Assembly: GCA_038061925.1 (NCBI GenBank)
Contig: JBBTYD010000015.1
Location: forward strand, 1 to 47,472
Length of the DNA: 47,472 nucleotides
Reading direction: 5' to 3'
DNA from: Patescibacteria group bacterium
GTDB taxonomy: Bacteria > Patescibacteriota > Minisyncoccia > Phycocordibacterales > UBA9973
Positions 28,720-38,873 of the stretch are shown one piece after another. The notes below the pieces were generated by a model, which saw only the letters and a program-made list of their open reading frames with translations, did no database searches and was not told the DNA's origin. The translations under genes were made by a program, and so were the position numbers. Position 1 is the first letter of the stretch; each line of letters begins with the position of its first letter.

Positions 28720-30507
28720 TTAATAAACTTCCTGCTGATAACATTTTTCGCAATACACTATTTCTGGACGCTCAGGAGCATAATTTGTCTCAAATTCCAC
28801 ATCGCATTTCCTTATTCCGTGAAAATGATTTTTGTTTCGCCCGTCGAAGCTTTGCGAAGTCGGGTCACACATACAAGACCTGTGCCAGAGTTTTGGCGGA
28901 TTAACTTTTTTAAATCGTTCTTGATGCCTACACTCAAAACAATTACGTGGTAACGGTAAATTAAATCTTTTTAAAAAAATGTATTCATTTTGGATTATTT
29001 TATAAGGTCTTTTACAAGAACCACATTCAATAATTAAACTTAAAACATTTTCATTAGCACCTTCTATATGGTCAGATAAATCTTCGGACAAACATGTAGT
29101 TTTGTATTCCGACTTTTCCTTCTCAATATAATTATAACCGTTCTTCAAAATTGTTTCTTGGGAAAGTGGAAAATAATCTTGTGATACCGTTTCATTGTAT
29201 CCAAAGGGAGAAATTTCTATTGGAAAATATTCTCCATATCCATATTTATTTCCCCTTTTATCAATATAAAACACTTTGTTCATTTGTTTAATAATCAATT
29301 CTCGAAGCTTTCCAAACTCAACTTTCTCATACTGTTTGTTAAAAATACAATAATTTTTATTGCGAAGACCAACACAACCAAAAATATTATTGCACCCATG
29401 ACAGTTAAAAGAATATTCAGCGTTTAGACACTCCCAGACTGTAAGCACAAATAATTGGCTAGAACCATTCACGCCGGAATCCATACCCTCATATAGCAAT
29501 TCCACAAGACCAAGACCGTAGCCGTCATAACTATCTTTAGTACGAAATGAATTCATCAGGAACTTACAATCTTTTATTTCTTCAAGCACCCCAAAACAAG
29601 CTTTAGAATTGTCTGCATGAAAGATATCATCTCCGGAAACATCTGTTGAATTTATAATATTGGCAAATCTTCTTTTGGCACTCAATTTTAGCTTTTCAAA
29701 TTTTTCTTTTGCTTTTTTAAAGTTTTTAAAACTTCCAATGTCTAATGCTTTTAATTTTTTATTATATTCGTCTTTGGTTAACTGCACATTCCACATACAA
29801 TTAGACTTATTACGAAGTGATATACAGCCAAAACAATTTATACAATTTTTACAGTCATAAAGAAAATATGAGCTAGTGCAAGAATCAGCATTATGTGAGA
29901 AAAATGTTTCATAACATTTTGTGGAGGAAATGTCATCATAACAAAATTCACATTTAGTAGTTATATACATATCCATTGAATCTTTACAAAAATTACAGCG
30001 TGATGCATAAATCACATTTTCTCCTTCCCAAGACGCGGATATAAGGTAGGAATTTCTAAATTCACCAATATAATTACCATAAAAAGTGTTAACACATTTA
30101 CCAATAAAAAGATTTGGATGAGGAACTTTTTCTAGTAATTTTTTAAATTGAGAGAAAAACGATTTTTGAAAATCATACTGAATACCGTAGTCTGTTGGAT
30201 CCCATCCGTCACCCCACCAAATATCTCTTTCGTATATCGTAAAAGGAGATTCTTTGGAAAAACAACTAATTAAACTTTTCCCAGTTTTAGCGCATTTATT
30301 TCTATGAAGTGTACGTTCATTGCGCCAAGCCATACGTCTTTGCATTCGACATTCTGGACAAAACGTCGGTGGTGGCACTTTTATTTTTTCATAAAAATTA
30401 AAATCTTCCGATTCTATGATAAAATCTTTTTTACAGTTTTGGCATATTAAAGATACTGAGCTTTTCGAATGTATTCTTTTTTTATTTTTTTTTCTAATAC
30501 TATTCAT
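28720..30507 (-). CDS. Cys-rich repeat protein, paralog 1 (Zn-ribbon ends, beta-helix-like core)
   Basis: CQNC..F.I...DF.FYEKIKVPPPTFCPECR...CFGC..LR.K...YAPERPEIVYCEKCYQQEVY. Confidence 0.85.
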   Translation of the reverse strand: MNSIRKKNKKRIHSKSSVSLICQNCKKDFIIESEDFNFYEKIKVPPPTFCPECRMQRRMAWRNERTLHRNKCAKTGKSLISCFSKESPFTIYERDIWWGDGWDPTDYGIQYDFQKSFFSQFKKLLEKVPHPNLFIGKCVNTFYGNYIGEFRNSYLISASWEGENVIYASRCNFCKDSMDMYITTKCEFCYDDISSTKCYETFFSHNADSCTSSYFLYDCKNCINCFGCISLRNKSNCMWNVQLTKDEYNKKLKALDIGSFKNFKKAKEKFEKLKLSAKRRFANIINSTDVSGDDIFHADNSKACFGVLEEIKDCKFLMNSFRTKDSYDGYGLGLVELLYEGMDSGVNGSSQLFVLTVWECLNAEYSFNCHGCNNIFGCVGLRNKNYCIFNKQYEKVEFGKLRELIIKQMNKVFYIDKRGNKYGYGEYFPIEISPFGYNETVSQDYFPLSQETILKNGYNYIEKEKSEYKTTCLSEDLSDHIEGANENVLSLIIECGSCKRPYKIIQNEYIFLKRFNLPLPRNCFECRHQERFKKVNPPKLWHRSCMCDPTSQSFDGRNKNHFHGIRKCDVEFETNYAPERPEIVYCEKCYQQEVY

Positions 30508-30514
30508 ATATTTA

Positions 30515-30539
30515 GTATCTATGTACTAGTACATAGTAA
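30515..30539 (-). promoter_or_regulatory. Second copy of the TrpR-like operator
   Basis: GTATCTATGTACTAGTACATAGTAA, identical to 18301-18325, 7 bp upstream of ATG 30507. Confidence 0.7.
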
Positions 30540-30551
30540 TACGTATTGTCC

Positions 30552-32216
30552 TTAATAAACCTCTTGTTGATAACAATGTTCGCAATATACTATTTCCGGC
30601 CGGTCGGGAGCATAACTTGTTTTAATTTCTTTTTGGCATTTTGCGCAATTGCGATTAAAAAATTTATAAGATCCTCGACGAATAATGCGATTTGTAAAAC
30701 GACAATTCCAGCATTTTTGAGGGATAGGAATAAGCATTTTTCTGTAAAATTCAAGCTCCCGCCGAATCAAGCGATAATTTCTAGAACATTCAACACAAGT
30801 TAATATTTCATCAAGAATACTGTCCTCTACATCTTTTATATGATCAGGAATTTTTTCGGGTTTTAGAGTTCCCTTTCCTTCTGTCTTTTGGATACTATCT
30901 TCCCATCTAAAACCTTGTCCTAACGCCTCTTCTTTTATAAGTGGAATATTATCTTGCGCAATTGTTTCATTATATGCAAAAAAAGCAAGATCTATGGGGA
31001 AAAAATCACCGTAAATATCTTTATCTTTTAATTCTTTTATAATATTATCTTTTATCTTGTGGTATTCATCTTTACTATAACGTTTGTTTAAAATAACAAA
31101 ACTTCCACCCTTTATAGCATCACAACCAAAACAATCATTACTTCTGCGAGTAGCAAAAGAATATTCCACATCTTGCGAACTTTCAACCCACCATGAACAA
31201 ATAATGTTTCTTGCTCCAGCTCCAACACCAACACCATTATAAAGAAGTTCTGAACGACGACAATGACCTATCATATCAGCGCAATCTTTTCCACGTTTTA
31301 CTGAAAAAGAATGTCGCATATCTTCGCAAAAAAATACTTCAAAGCATTTATGACAATTTTTTGATTCAAATATATAATCACCCACACAGTTTTCAACTTT
31401 TAAATTATTATTGTTACGATATGGAAATTTAAGAGAAAATTCTAAAAATTTTTTCTTTATCTTTTCTGTTTTCAAGAAACTGCCTGAAATTTCTGAAACA
31501 CGTTTTAGCCATTCTTCTCTCTTGAGCGGTTCATTGAAAAAATGATAAGATTTATGACGTAAATTTACACAACCGAAACAATTCTGACATCCTGAGCAAT
31601 TTAAAATAAAACGAGAATCTATGCAATCAGACACATTTTGTCCCCAAGCTACTCCATTGCTTTTATGAACATTTATACTTTCATAAACATTTTCTATTAC
31701 ATTACCATAATAAACATCATAAATATCTCGACTAGCAATTATGCCACGCGAATATGCGCAATTTTCATTATTGGGACCTGAATTAAAAATTAAATAACTA
31801 TCTTTGTTGCCACCCGCAAAATTTGTATATTCGCTGTTTACATTTGAACCAGTAGCTGCGCTACTAAAGGTAGCGGATTTCGAGACTTTTTTAATAAGTT
31901 CATTAAATTGATCAAAAAAGGAAATTTTTGAGTCATAATCAAGGGCATAAGAATATGGATCCCATTTATCAGAAACCCAACATTCATTGCAGTACACAAC
32001 ATAAAGAGAATTGGGATTATACATGCTGATAATAGAACGACTGCATAAGTTACAAATTCTATTATATAAAGTACGTTCATTTCTCCATATTGCGCGTATT
32101 TTGAAACGGCAATCTGGGCAGATCTTAGGCGACGGCACTTTCATTTTTTCATAAAAAGAAAGATCATTTTTTTCTAAGATAAATTTTTGTTCACACTTTT
32201 TACATTTTTGTTTCAT
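30552..32216 (-). CDS. Cys-rich repeat protein, paralog 2
   Basis: Same terminal motifs (VPSPKICPDCR; YAPDRPEIVYCEHCYQQEVY). Confidence 0.85.
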   Translation of the reverse strand: MKQKCKKCEQKFILEKNDLSFYEKMKVPSPKICPDCRFKIRAIWRNERTLYNRICNLCSRSIISMYNPNSLYVVYCNECWVSDKWDPYSYALDYDSKISFFDQFNELIKKVSKSATFSSAATGSNVNSEYTNFAGGNKDSYLIFNSGPNNENCAYSRGIIASRDIYDVYYGNVIENVYESINVHKSNGVAWGQNVSDCIDSRFILNCSGCQNCFGCVNLRHKSYHFFNEPLKREEWLKRVSEISGSFLKTEKIKKKFLEFSLKFPYRNNNNLKVENCVGDYIFESKNCHKCFEVFFCEDMRHSFSVKRGKDCADMIGHCRRSELLYNGVGVGAGARNIICSWWVESSQDVEYSFATRRSNDCFGCDAIKGGSFVILNKRYSKDEYHKIKDNIIKELKDKDIYGDFFPIDLAFFAYNETIAQDNIPLIKEEALGQGFRWEDSIQKTEGKGTLKPEKIPDHIKDVEDSILDEILTCVECSRNYRLIRRELEFYRKMLIPIPQKCWNCRFTNRIIRRGSYKFFNRNCAKCQKEIKTSYAPDRPEIVYCEHCYQQEVY

Positions 32217-32219
32217 AGT

Positions 32220-34271
32220 TTATTCTAAAATTTTTCGGAGGACGTCTTCCGGCACTTCTTTCATTTTTGGAGCAGGTTTTGCCTCACTGGAGCTTTCAGC
32301 GGAAGTAGGCGGTGGAGTGAGTATGGGAGGAGTGTGAACGGTTTTTTCCTTTTCAATTTTTTCTAAAATCAAATCCTTTAATTTATTCATATCTTCAGAA
32401 CTGGCCGCGCGATCTTTGGAAGGTAGAGATTCTTTATTTTTATTTTTGAGAGTGTCAAGCGAAACTGGTTTTGAAACAGGTGGAGTAAAAAGAGTTTTAT
32501 TTAAAATTTCCCTTAAGGCTGAATTGGGTTTCTTGAGTTTAGCAGGAACTTTATTGAAACCTGCCTGCGCAAACAGGACTTTTTTAATAGTTCCCAATAT
32601 CCCAGACTGGCCAGTTGGAGACAAGATTTTATTCTTGGTAAAAAGAGATTTATCCACGTGATGGCTTACTCGTTCGATATATCTGTCTTTTTCTTCATCT
32701 ATTTTTTTATTTTTTTGTTCAAACTCTATGCCTAAATCAGCTAATGGTTTGAAAAATGTGGATTCATCGTGGCGGATTTGATTTTCTGAATCTTTTTCCA
32801 CTTTTACCTCACCTGATTTTATTCTAGCTATACAATCTTTGCAATAAACTGCCCTACCCGGAGTCGGCTTGAAAGGCACCGTCGTTTCTTTCTTGCAAAG
32901 CGAACAAATAGCTGGAAATTTTTCTATATTTCCACTTCCAGCGTCAGTGTCATTGCCCAGCGACATTCCACTCCAGTCATTAATCTCTCTTTCCACCACT
33001 TCTTTACTTCTGCAATAGAGCGCGCGCGAAGATTTAATTACCTCTTCCTCAATCTTTTTATCACCCGACTTTATTAAGGGTGGTAAAGTTTTAGCCGAAA
33101 AAGGACGAGAGGTCACGCCATCGATCATTAATTTTATATAAACTTTATAGTTAGGCAAATTTAATATATCTTGTGGGGTAAATTCCGGGTCAAATTCACT
33201 TTCCAAAAATTCTGCGTCATCCGCCCCGACTCTGAAAACAATCATCGTGCCTACGTTGCCAAAAACAGCGTCCCGCACCGCTGAACTTTTGTCCACCACA
33301 AGCTGGGCGGTATATTGATGAGCCACAGTCAAATTTAATCGATACTTTCTAGCCTCGGATAAAATACCAGCAAAAGCATCTGTCACGAAATTTTGAAATT
33401 CATCCACATATAGATAGAAATCCTTGCGGGATTCTTCGGGAATTCGCACGCGCTCCATAGCGGCCAGCTGAATTTTAGTAATAATCATTCCACCGAGCAG
33501 TGACGAATTGTCTTCCCCGATACGCCCTTTAGAAACGTTCACCAGAAAAATCTTTCCTTCATTCATCATGTCGAAGATGTTAATCGTACTCTTTGATTGA
33601 CCGACAACATTCCGAATGATAGAAGTGGAAAGAAATTGTCCGACTTTATTTTGAATCGGCGCAATCGCTTCATTTCTGAATTTATCTTGCCAAGCTTCAT
33701 ATTCATGCACCCAGAAAGCTTTAATAACCGGATCTTTTAAATTAGAAATTATTTTCTGCCGATAATCTTTATCCACCAACATTCGAGGAATTCCGAGAAG
33801 CGTCGTGCCGGGAGTATCAAGCAGGGCCAAAATTGTATTATTTAAAATATATTCCATTCGAGCGCTCCAAGCATTTGCCCAAATTTTAGTAAAAATACCC
33901 ATCAGTCCTGAAGCCACTAAATGTTTATAGAGAGGGTCCACGAGCTCCAAAACGTTAAATCCGATGTGATGATCAGCATCAGCCGGATTAAAATAAATTA
34001 CATCTTTTATCCGATGAGGCGGAATAGAGGAGAGAACGGCTTCGACATTTTCTCCGTGGGGATCAACCATACAGACCCCGTCGCCATTTTTAATGTTCTG
34101 AATAATCATATTGAACATCAAAACCGATTTACCAGTACCGGACTTTCCGAGCATATAAACATGCTGACGCCTATCTTTGCGCTTGATGCCAAAAAGCTGA
34201 TTCTTATCCCGATAAGTGGTAATCCCAAGATATGTAATGTCTTTATTAAAAGGTATTTCGGGCGGTTCCAT
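32220..34271 (-). CDS. DUF87/TraD-VirD4-like ATPase with CxxC-x17-CxxC domain
   Basis: GKSGTGKS, VDPHGE, LYVDEFQN, SEARKY; CSLC...VPFKP..GRAVYCKDC; low-complexity tail. Confidence 0.88.
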   Translation of the reverse strand: MEPPEIPFNKDITYLGITTYRDKNQLFGIKRKDRRQHVYMLGKSGTGKSVLMFNMIIQNIKNGDGVCMVDPHGENVEAVLSSIPPHRIKDVIYFNPADADHHIGFNVLELVDPLYKHLVASGLMGIFTKIWANAWSARMEYILNNTILALLDTPGTTLLGIPRMLVDKDYRQKIISNLKDPVIKAFWVHEYEAWQDKFRNEAIAPIQNKVGQFLSTSIIRNVVGQSKSTINIFDMMNEGKIFLVNVSKGRIGEDNSSLLGGMIITKIQLAAMERVRIPEESRKDFYLYVDEFQNFVTDAFAGILSEARKYRLNLTVAHQYTAQLVVDKSSAVRDAVFGNVGTMIVFRVGADDAEFLESEFDPEFTPQDILNLPNYKVYIKLMIDGVTSRPFSAKTLPPLIKSGDKKIEEEVIKSSRALYCRSKEVVEREINDWSGMSLGNDTDAGSGNIEKFPAICSLCKKETTVPFKPTPGRAVYCKDCIARIKSGEVKVEKDSENQIRHDESTFFKPLADLGIEFEQKNKKIDEEKDRYIERVSHHVDKSLFTKNKILSPTGQSGILGTIKKVLFAQAGFNKVPAKLKKPNSALREILNKTLFTPPVSKPVSLDTLKNKNKESLPSKDRAASSEDMNKLKDLILEKIEKEKTVHTPPILTPPPTSAESSSEAKPAPKMKEVPEDVLRKILE

Positions 34272-34304
34272 ACAATGCTATTTTACAATAAAATAACAAA
34301 AACT

Positions 34305-34335
34305 AAAAGCCCCCCTTAATGTGGAAAGGGGCTTT
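34305..34335 (-). terminator. Intrinsic terminator after dnaK
   Basis: AAAGCCCC...GGGGCTTTT hairpin 10 bp after the dnaK stop. Confidence 0.7.
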
Positions 34336-34345
34336 CAGAAAAAAA

Positions 34346-36283
34346 CTATTTCTTTGGCGTCTCGCCTTCGTCCTTTTTGCTTTCCTTGAACTCCGCATCT
34401 TTTATCTCAGGATTTTTCTCTTCGGGGGTCGAAGGTCCTGAGCTTGCCGAAGGATTTGCACCAGCTTTAGCCATTGCCTCTCCTATTTTAGACATTTCGG
34501 CGGATAGTTCTTCGGTCGCTTTTTTGATTGCTTCCGAATTAGTGCCATCTTTTACGCCTCGCAACGCAGTAATCTTAGCATTGACACTATCTTTTAATTC
34601 TTTAGGAATTTTAGCATCGTTGTCTTTTAATGCTTTTTCCGCGGTGTAAATAATCATTTCCGCGGTATTTTTAAAATCAACCACTTCTTTTTTCTTTTTA
34701 TCTTCCTCAGCGTGAAGTTCCGCATCTTTTTGCATTTTTTTAATGTCCTCGTCTTTGAGTCCAGAACTTGCTTCAATTTTAATTGATTGAGTCTTGCCGG
34801 AAGCTTTATCTTTGGCCGCCACATTTAAAATTCCATTAGCGTCAATATCAAAAGAAACTTCAATCTGAGGCATACCTCGAGGAGCTGGTGGAACCCCGTC
34901 CAAGATAAATCGGCCCAAGGATTTATTGTCCGAAGCTATCGGACGCTCTCCTTGCACGATATGTATTTCCACCGAAGTCTGATTATCAGCCGCCGTGGAG
35001 AATACTTGAGATTTGGAGGATGGAATAGTGGTGTTTCTTTCAATCAATTTTGTCGCCACTCCTCCCAATGTCTCGATACCCAAAGACAGCGGTATGACAT
35101 CCAACAAGAGCACATCTCGTACATCTCCTGCGAGCACCCCGGCTTGAACCGCCGCGCCAAGCGCCACCACTTCATCCGGATTAATAGACATATTTGGCTC
35201 TTTGCCAAAAAGATTTCTAACCGCTTCCACAATCTTCGGCATTCTGGTCTGACCGCCAACCATGATGATTTCATTTATTTCATCCATTTTGAAAGGCGAG
35301 GCGGAGAGCGCTCTCTTGGTTATTTCGATAGAACGATCAATTAAATCTTTAGTAAGCGACTCTAAAGTAGCGCGAGATATTTTCATAAGCAAATGCTTGG
35401 GTCCCCCGGCGTCGGAAGTGATAAATGGAATATTTATTTCCGCCTCCAGGGTGGTGGAAAGTTCATGCTTGGCTTTCTCCGCCGCTTCTCGCAATCTCTG
35501 GTGCGCTAGAGGGTCTTTCGTCACATCAATGCCGGATTCTTTTTTATACTCTTCCGCAATCCATCTGACTATTTTTCGGTCAATATCGCCTCCACCCATG
35601 TGACTATCTCCATCAATAGATTTTACTTCTATTACATCACCTCCTATCTCCAGAACAGACACGTCAAAAGTTCCTCCACCGAAGTCATACACCACAATCT
35701 TTTCATTTTTCTTTTTATCAAACCCATAAGCCAGCGCGGCGGCCGTGGGTTCGTTGATGATACGTTTGACGTCTAGTCCAGCAATCGCTCCGGCATCTTT
35801 GGTTGCTTTTCTTTGCGCATCATTAAAATACGCGGGCACGGTGATGACCGCCTCGGTGATTTTCTCCCCTAATTTAGCTTCCACGTCCGCTTTTATTTTT
35901 TGTAAAATCATGGCAGAAATTTCTTCCGGTCGGTAAAATTTATCCATCATTTTAACTTTCGCTCCACCTCCATCGGCGGCTTCAGTTTTAAAAGAGGCAG
36001 TCGCCCGATCTTTTTGTACTTCCGGACTATCATAGCGATGACCCATAAAGCGCTTGATTTCCGCAATTGTATTTTCCGGATTTGTGATTGCTTGTCTCTT
36101 CGCTAAAAGTCCAACAATACGATCTCCATTTTTGGCGGTTGCAACCACTGAAGGCGTCGTACGATTACCTTCGATATTTTCAATAATTTTTGGCGCTCCT
36201 CCTTCAATAACGGCGACGGCCGAATTTGTTGTACCTAAATCTATACCTATTATTTTACTCATAATTTTTCTTTGGCTCGCCAT
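34346..36283 (-). CDS. dnaK: Chaperone DnaK
   Basis: [34 protein letters not shown]; alternative start 36262. Confidence 0.98.
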   Translation of the reverse strand: MASQRKIMSKIIGIDLGTTNSAVAVIEGGAPKIIENIEGNRTTPSVVATAKNGDRIVGLLAKRQAITNPENTIAEIKRFMGHRYDSPEVQKDRATASFKTEAADGGGAKVKMMDKFYRPEEISAMILQKIKADVEAKLGEKITEAVITVPAYFNDAQRKATKDAGAIAGLDVKRIINEPTAAALAYGFDKKKNEKIVVYDFGGGTFDVSVLEIGGDVIEVKSIDGDSHMGGGDIDRKIVRWIAEEYKKESGIDVTKDPLAHQRLREAAEKAKHELSTTLEAEINIPFITSDAGGPKHLLMKISRATLESLTKDLIDRSIEITKRALSASPFKMDEINEIIMVGGQTRMPKIVEAVRNLFGKEPNMSINPDEVVALGAAVQAGVLAGDVRDVLLLDVIPLSLGIETLGGVATKLIERNTTIPSSKSQVFSTAADNQTSVEIHIVQGERPIASDNKSLGRFILDGVPPAPRGMPQIEVSFDIDANGILNVAAKDKASGKTQSIKIEASSGLKDEDIKKMQKDAELHAEEDKKKKEVVDFKNTAEMIIYTAEKALKDNDAKIPKELKDSVNAKITALRGVKDGTNSEAIKKATEELSAEMSKIGEAMAKAGANPSASSGPSTPEEKNPEIKDAEFKESKKDEGETPKK

Positions 36284-36437
36284 AGTTTTATACTTAAGCG
36301 ACTTATTTCTAAATCCCGATTCGATAATCGGGGTTGATAATTAATTTTTACAATTATATACCTATTTATTATTTTAGCAAGTTTTTCGCGACCACGAAAT
36401 ACTTGTCAAAAACCAGTATATATTATAATATATAATT

Positions 36438-37001
36438 ATGTCAAGAAAAATCCAGAAAATTAAGTATTCTAATAAAATATTAAGCATTTTAGGCCAAAAA
36501 ACAGCTATTTCATTACCCGAAATTACTAATAAGGTAATTCCAGAAGATGGCGACATTCCCGCCTGCGCCAAGGCTACGGCAGGCAAGTATGCTATTACAC
36601 GCTCTCTAAAAGGACTCAGGGAGGCTGGGCTGATAGAACAGATATTATCCCCGCAAAATGAATACGCGCGCTTGACAAAATTGGGACGAAAAAAAATGCA
36701 TAGTTTAAAGTTGGATAGTGACACAACTCTCGTGAATACCTCTTGGGACGGATTTTGGAGAATTATCTTGCTTGATCTTCCGGAAAATAAAAAGAATGAA
36801 CGTGAAAGCTTGCGTTATCTTCTTAAAAAAGCCGGTTTCGTCTGTCTGAAAAATTCCGCTTGGATATCCCCATTTCCTTTTGAACATTTATTTACAAACA
36901 TAAAAAAAGATTTGGGCTTGACAACGGAAATGATGATTATCATCACGCAATTGGTGGATGAAGAAACCAAGAAAATTCTATTCGAGACTTTCGAAAAATA
37001 A
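36438..37001 (+). CDS. PaaX-like regulator (wHTH + Cas2-like domain), divergent from dnaK
   Basis: L...GLI...RLT..G; WDGFWRIILLDLPE..K..R..LR..L...GF..L..S.WISP. Confidence 0.82.
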   Translation: MSRKIQKIKYSNKILSILGQKTAISLPEITNKVIPEDGDIPACAKATAGKYAITRSLKGLREAGLIEQILSPQNEYARLTKLGRKKMHSLKLDSDTTLVNTSWDGFWRIILLDLPENKKNERESLRYLLKKAGFVCLKNSAWISPFPFEHLFTNIKKDLGLTTEMMIIITQLVDEETKKILFETFEK

Positions 37002-37044
37002 AATAATTTACTATTTTTATGCTATAGCATTATTATAGTAAATT

Positions 37045-38796
37045 CTAATACACTTCCTTATTATAACAACTTTCACAGTAAACTTTCTCAGGTCGCTCGG
37101 GCGCATAACTTGTCTTAAATTCAACATTACATTTTTTTGACCCATGAAAATGATTTTGTTTATCGCACATGCAACTTCTTGTCCATAATTTCAAGGCTGG
37201 CATAATTTTAAACCTTTCATAATGACGACAATTTGGACAAAGATTGGGAATAGGAATACTATGCTTTTTATAAAATTTAAGCTCGTAATCAGTTAAGCGA
37301 AAAGCAATATTACATTGATGATCACAATCCCCTTTATGTCCACATCCTAAAACTTCCTTTAAAATTACTTCATTTACATCATCTATATTATCGGGAATAT
37401 TGTCTGAAAATATTGTAATATTAAAATTTTTCACTTCTTTATCGCGCCAAAGATAACCTTGCTTGTTTGCCTCTTTTTTGATAATAGGAAAAAATTCTTG
37501 CGCGATCGTTTCATTATATGCAAAAGGAGAAAGTTCTATCGGAAAAAATTCTCCATATTTATAAACCCGACCATTTTTATCCTCAAAAGAAACATTACTC
37601 ATTTGTTTGATAATTTCTGTTCGTAATCTGTTATATTCCTCTTTTGAATAAATCTTATTAAGAATCGAATTTTCCGTATTTTGAAGTGAAATACAACCAA
37701 AGATGTTTTTACAATTCATACACGATTCTGTGTAATCTGCGTCTCTAATAGAATTTAAGGCTGAATGAGAAAATTTTACATTATAGAGATAAAAGGCTCC
37801 CGTTATATATTCATATATCGATTCTGAATTAGTACCATTGCAAAAATCCATAGAATCTGTAAAATCAAACGCTCTATAACAATATTTAACATCTTCTGCG
37901 TTATAGATCTCAAAACAATTTTCTCCGTTTTTTACATTTAAAAGATTATTACCAGTAACATTCACACATTTATTAATATTAGCAAAGCGAAAAATTGATT
38001 TTTTTTTAATTTCCTCAAACTCACGCAAGATAATCTCACGCGAAGCCATACTTTTTAAATTAAATTTTTGTAATTCTTTTAAATATTCTTCTTTATTATA
38101 TTGCTTATTTTGAATGCAAAACTTTTTGTTACGCAAATTAAAAGAAAGAAAACAATTACTACAATCAACACAATCAACTAAATAATAAGAATCTATGCAA
38201 CTTCTACAAAGTAAAAGATACTGAGAATTATAATTACTTTGTCCTTCAATATTTTCATATAAACTCTCTGAGTTATTTTTTATATTTAAACAATCAATAA
38301 TATCCTTAGATTTATCGACGGATTTTGAATAAAAAACATTTTCTGAATCTTTAACAACTGAAACTGATAAATAAATATTTTTAGATTCGCCAACAAAATT
38401 TGAATAATTTGAATTTAAAGAATTTCTTTGCCAAAGAGCCAATTTGGGAACAATATTAGAAAGCTCTTTATATTGATCAAAAAATGATCTAGACATATCA
38501 TATCTACGACCGAAGGAAAGTGGATCCCAACCATCTCCAAACCAACAATCATGACAATAAACAGGAAAAGGTGCAGATTTGTGATACATCGCAATAATAT
38601 TTTTATTGCAAAGATTACATGTCCGACGATAAAGTGTCCTCTCATTGCGCCATGCTAATCTTCGTTGCAATCTGCATTCCGGACAAAACGTCGGCGGTGG
38701 GACTTTTATTTTTTCATAAAAATTAAAATCGTCCGACTCGATTGTAAAATTGCTTTTACAATTCTGACACACCATATTTTGTGATTTATACTCCAT
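37045..38796 (-). CDS. Cys-rich repeat protein, paralog 3
   Basis: KVPPPTFCPECR...YAPERPEKVYCESCYNKEVY. Confidence 0.85.
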   Translation of the reverse strand: MEYKSQNMVCQNCKSNFTIESDDFNFYEKIKVPPPTFCPECRLQRRLAWRNERTLYRRTCNLCNKNIIAMYHKSAPFPVYCHDCWFGDGWDPLSFGRRYDMSRSFFDQYKELSNIVPKLALWQRNSLNSNYSNFVGESKNIYLSVSVVKDSENVFYSKSVDKSKDIIDCLNIKNNSESLYENIEGQSNYNSQYLLLCRSCIDSYYLVDCVDCSNCFLSFNLRNKKFCIQNKQYNKEEYLKELQKFNLKSMASREIILREFEEIKKKSIFRFANINKCVNVTGNNLLNVKNGENCFEIYNAEDVKYCYRAFDFTDSMDFCNGTNSESIYEYITGAFYLYNVKFSHSALNSIRDADYTESCMNCKNIFGCISLQNTENSILNKIYSKEEYNRLRTEIIKQMSNVSFEDKNGRVYKYGEFFPIELSPFAYNETIAQEFFPIIKKEANKQGYLWRDKEVKNFNITIFSDNIPDNIDDVNEVILKEVLGCGHKGDCDHQCNIAFRLTDYELKFYKKHSIPIPNLCPNCRHYERFKIMPALKLWTRSCMCDKQNHFHGSKKCNVEFKTSYAPERPEKVYCESCYNKEVY

Positions 38797-38869
38797 AACT
38801 TTTTTGCTCGCCCGTCCGTAGCTTTAGCGAAGGAGGGCAATTCTGGCATACTTTAATTTCTGATTTCAT
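38786..38869 (-). pseudogene. N-terminal stub of another Cys-rich paralog, interrupted by a palindromic element
   Basis: ATG 38869 gives MKSEIKVCQNC, then CCTCCTTCGCTAAAGCTACGGACGGGCGA, then GCAAAAAAG; compare MKTETKQCQNCKK. Confidence 0.7.
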
Positions 38870-38873
38870 AATT

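Noticed and set aside
27101-34271. Conjugative element/T4SS suggested by VirD4/TraD-like ATPases
   Set aside because: No relaxase, VirB genes, integrase or att-like direct repeats seen; the genes sit among core chaperone genes.
21859-37001. CRISPR-Cas system suggested by Cas2-like domains
   Set aside because: No repeat-spacer array or cas1; the domains are fused to wHTH as in PaaX-like regulators.
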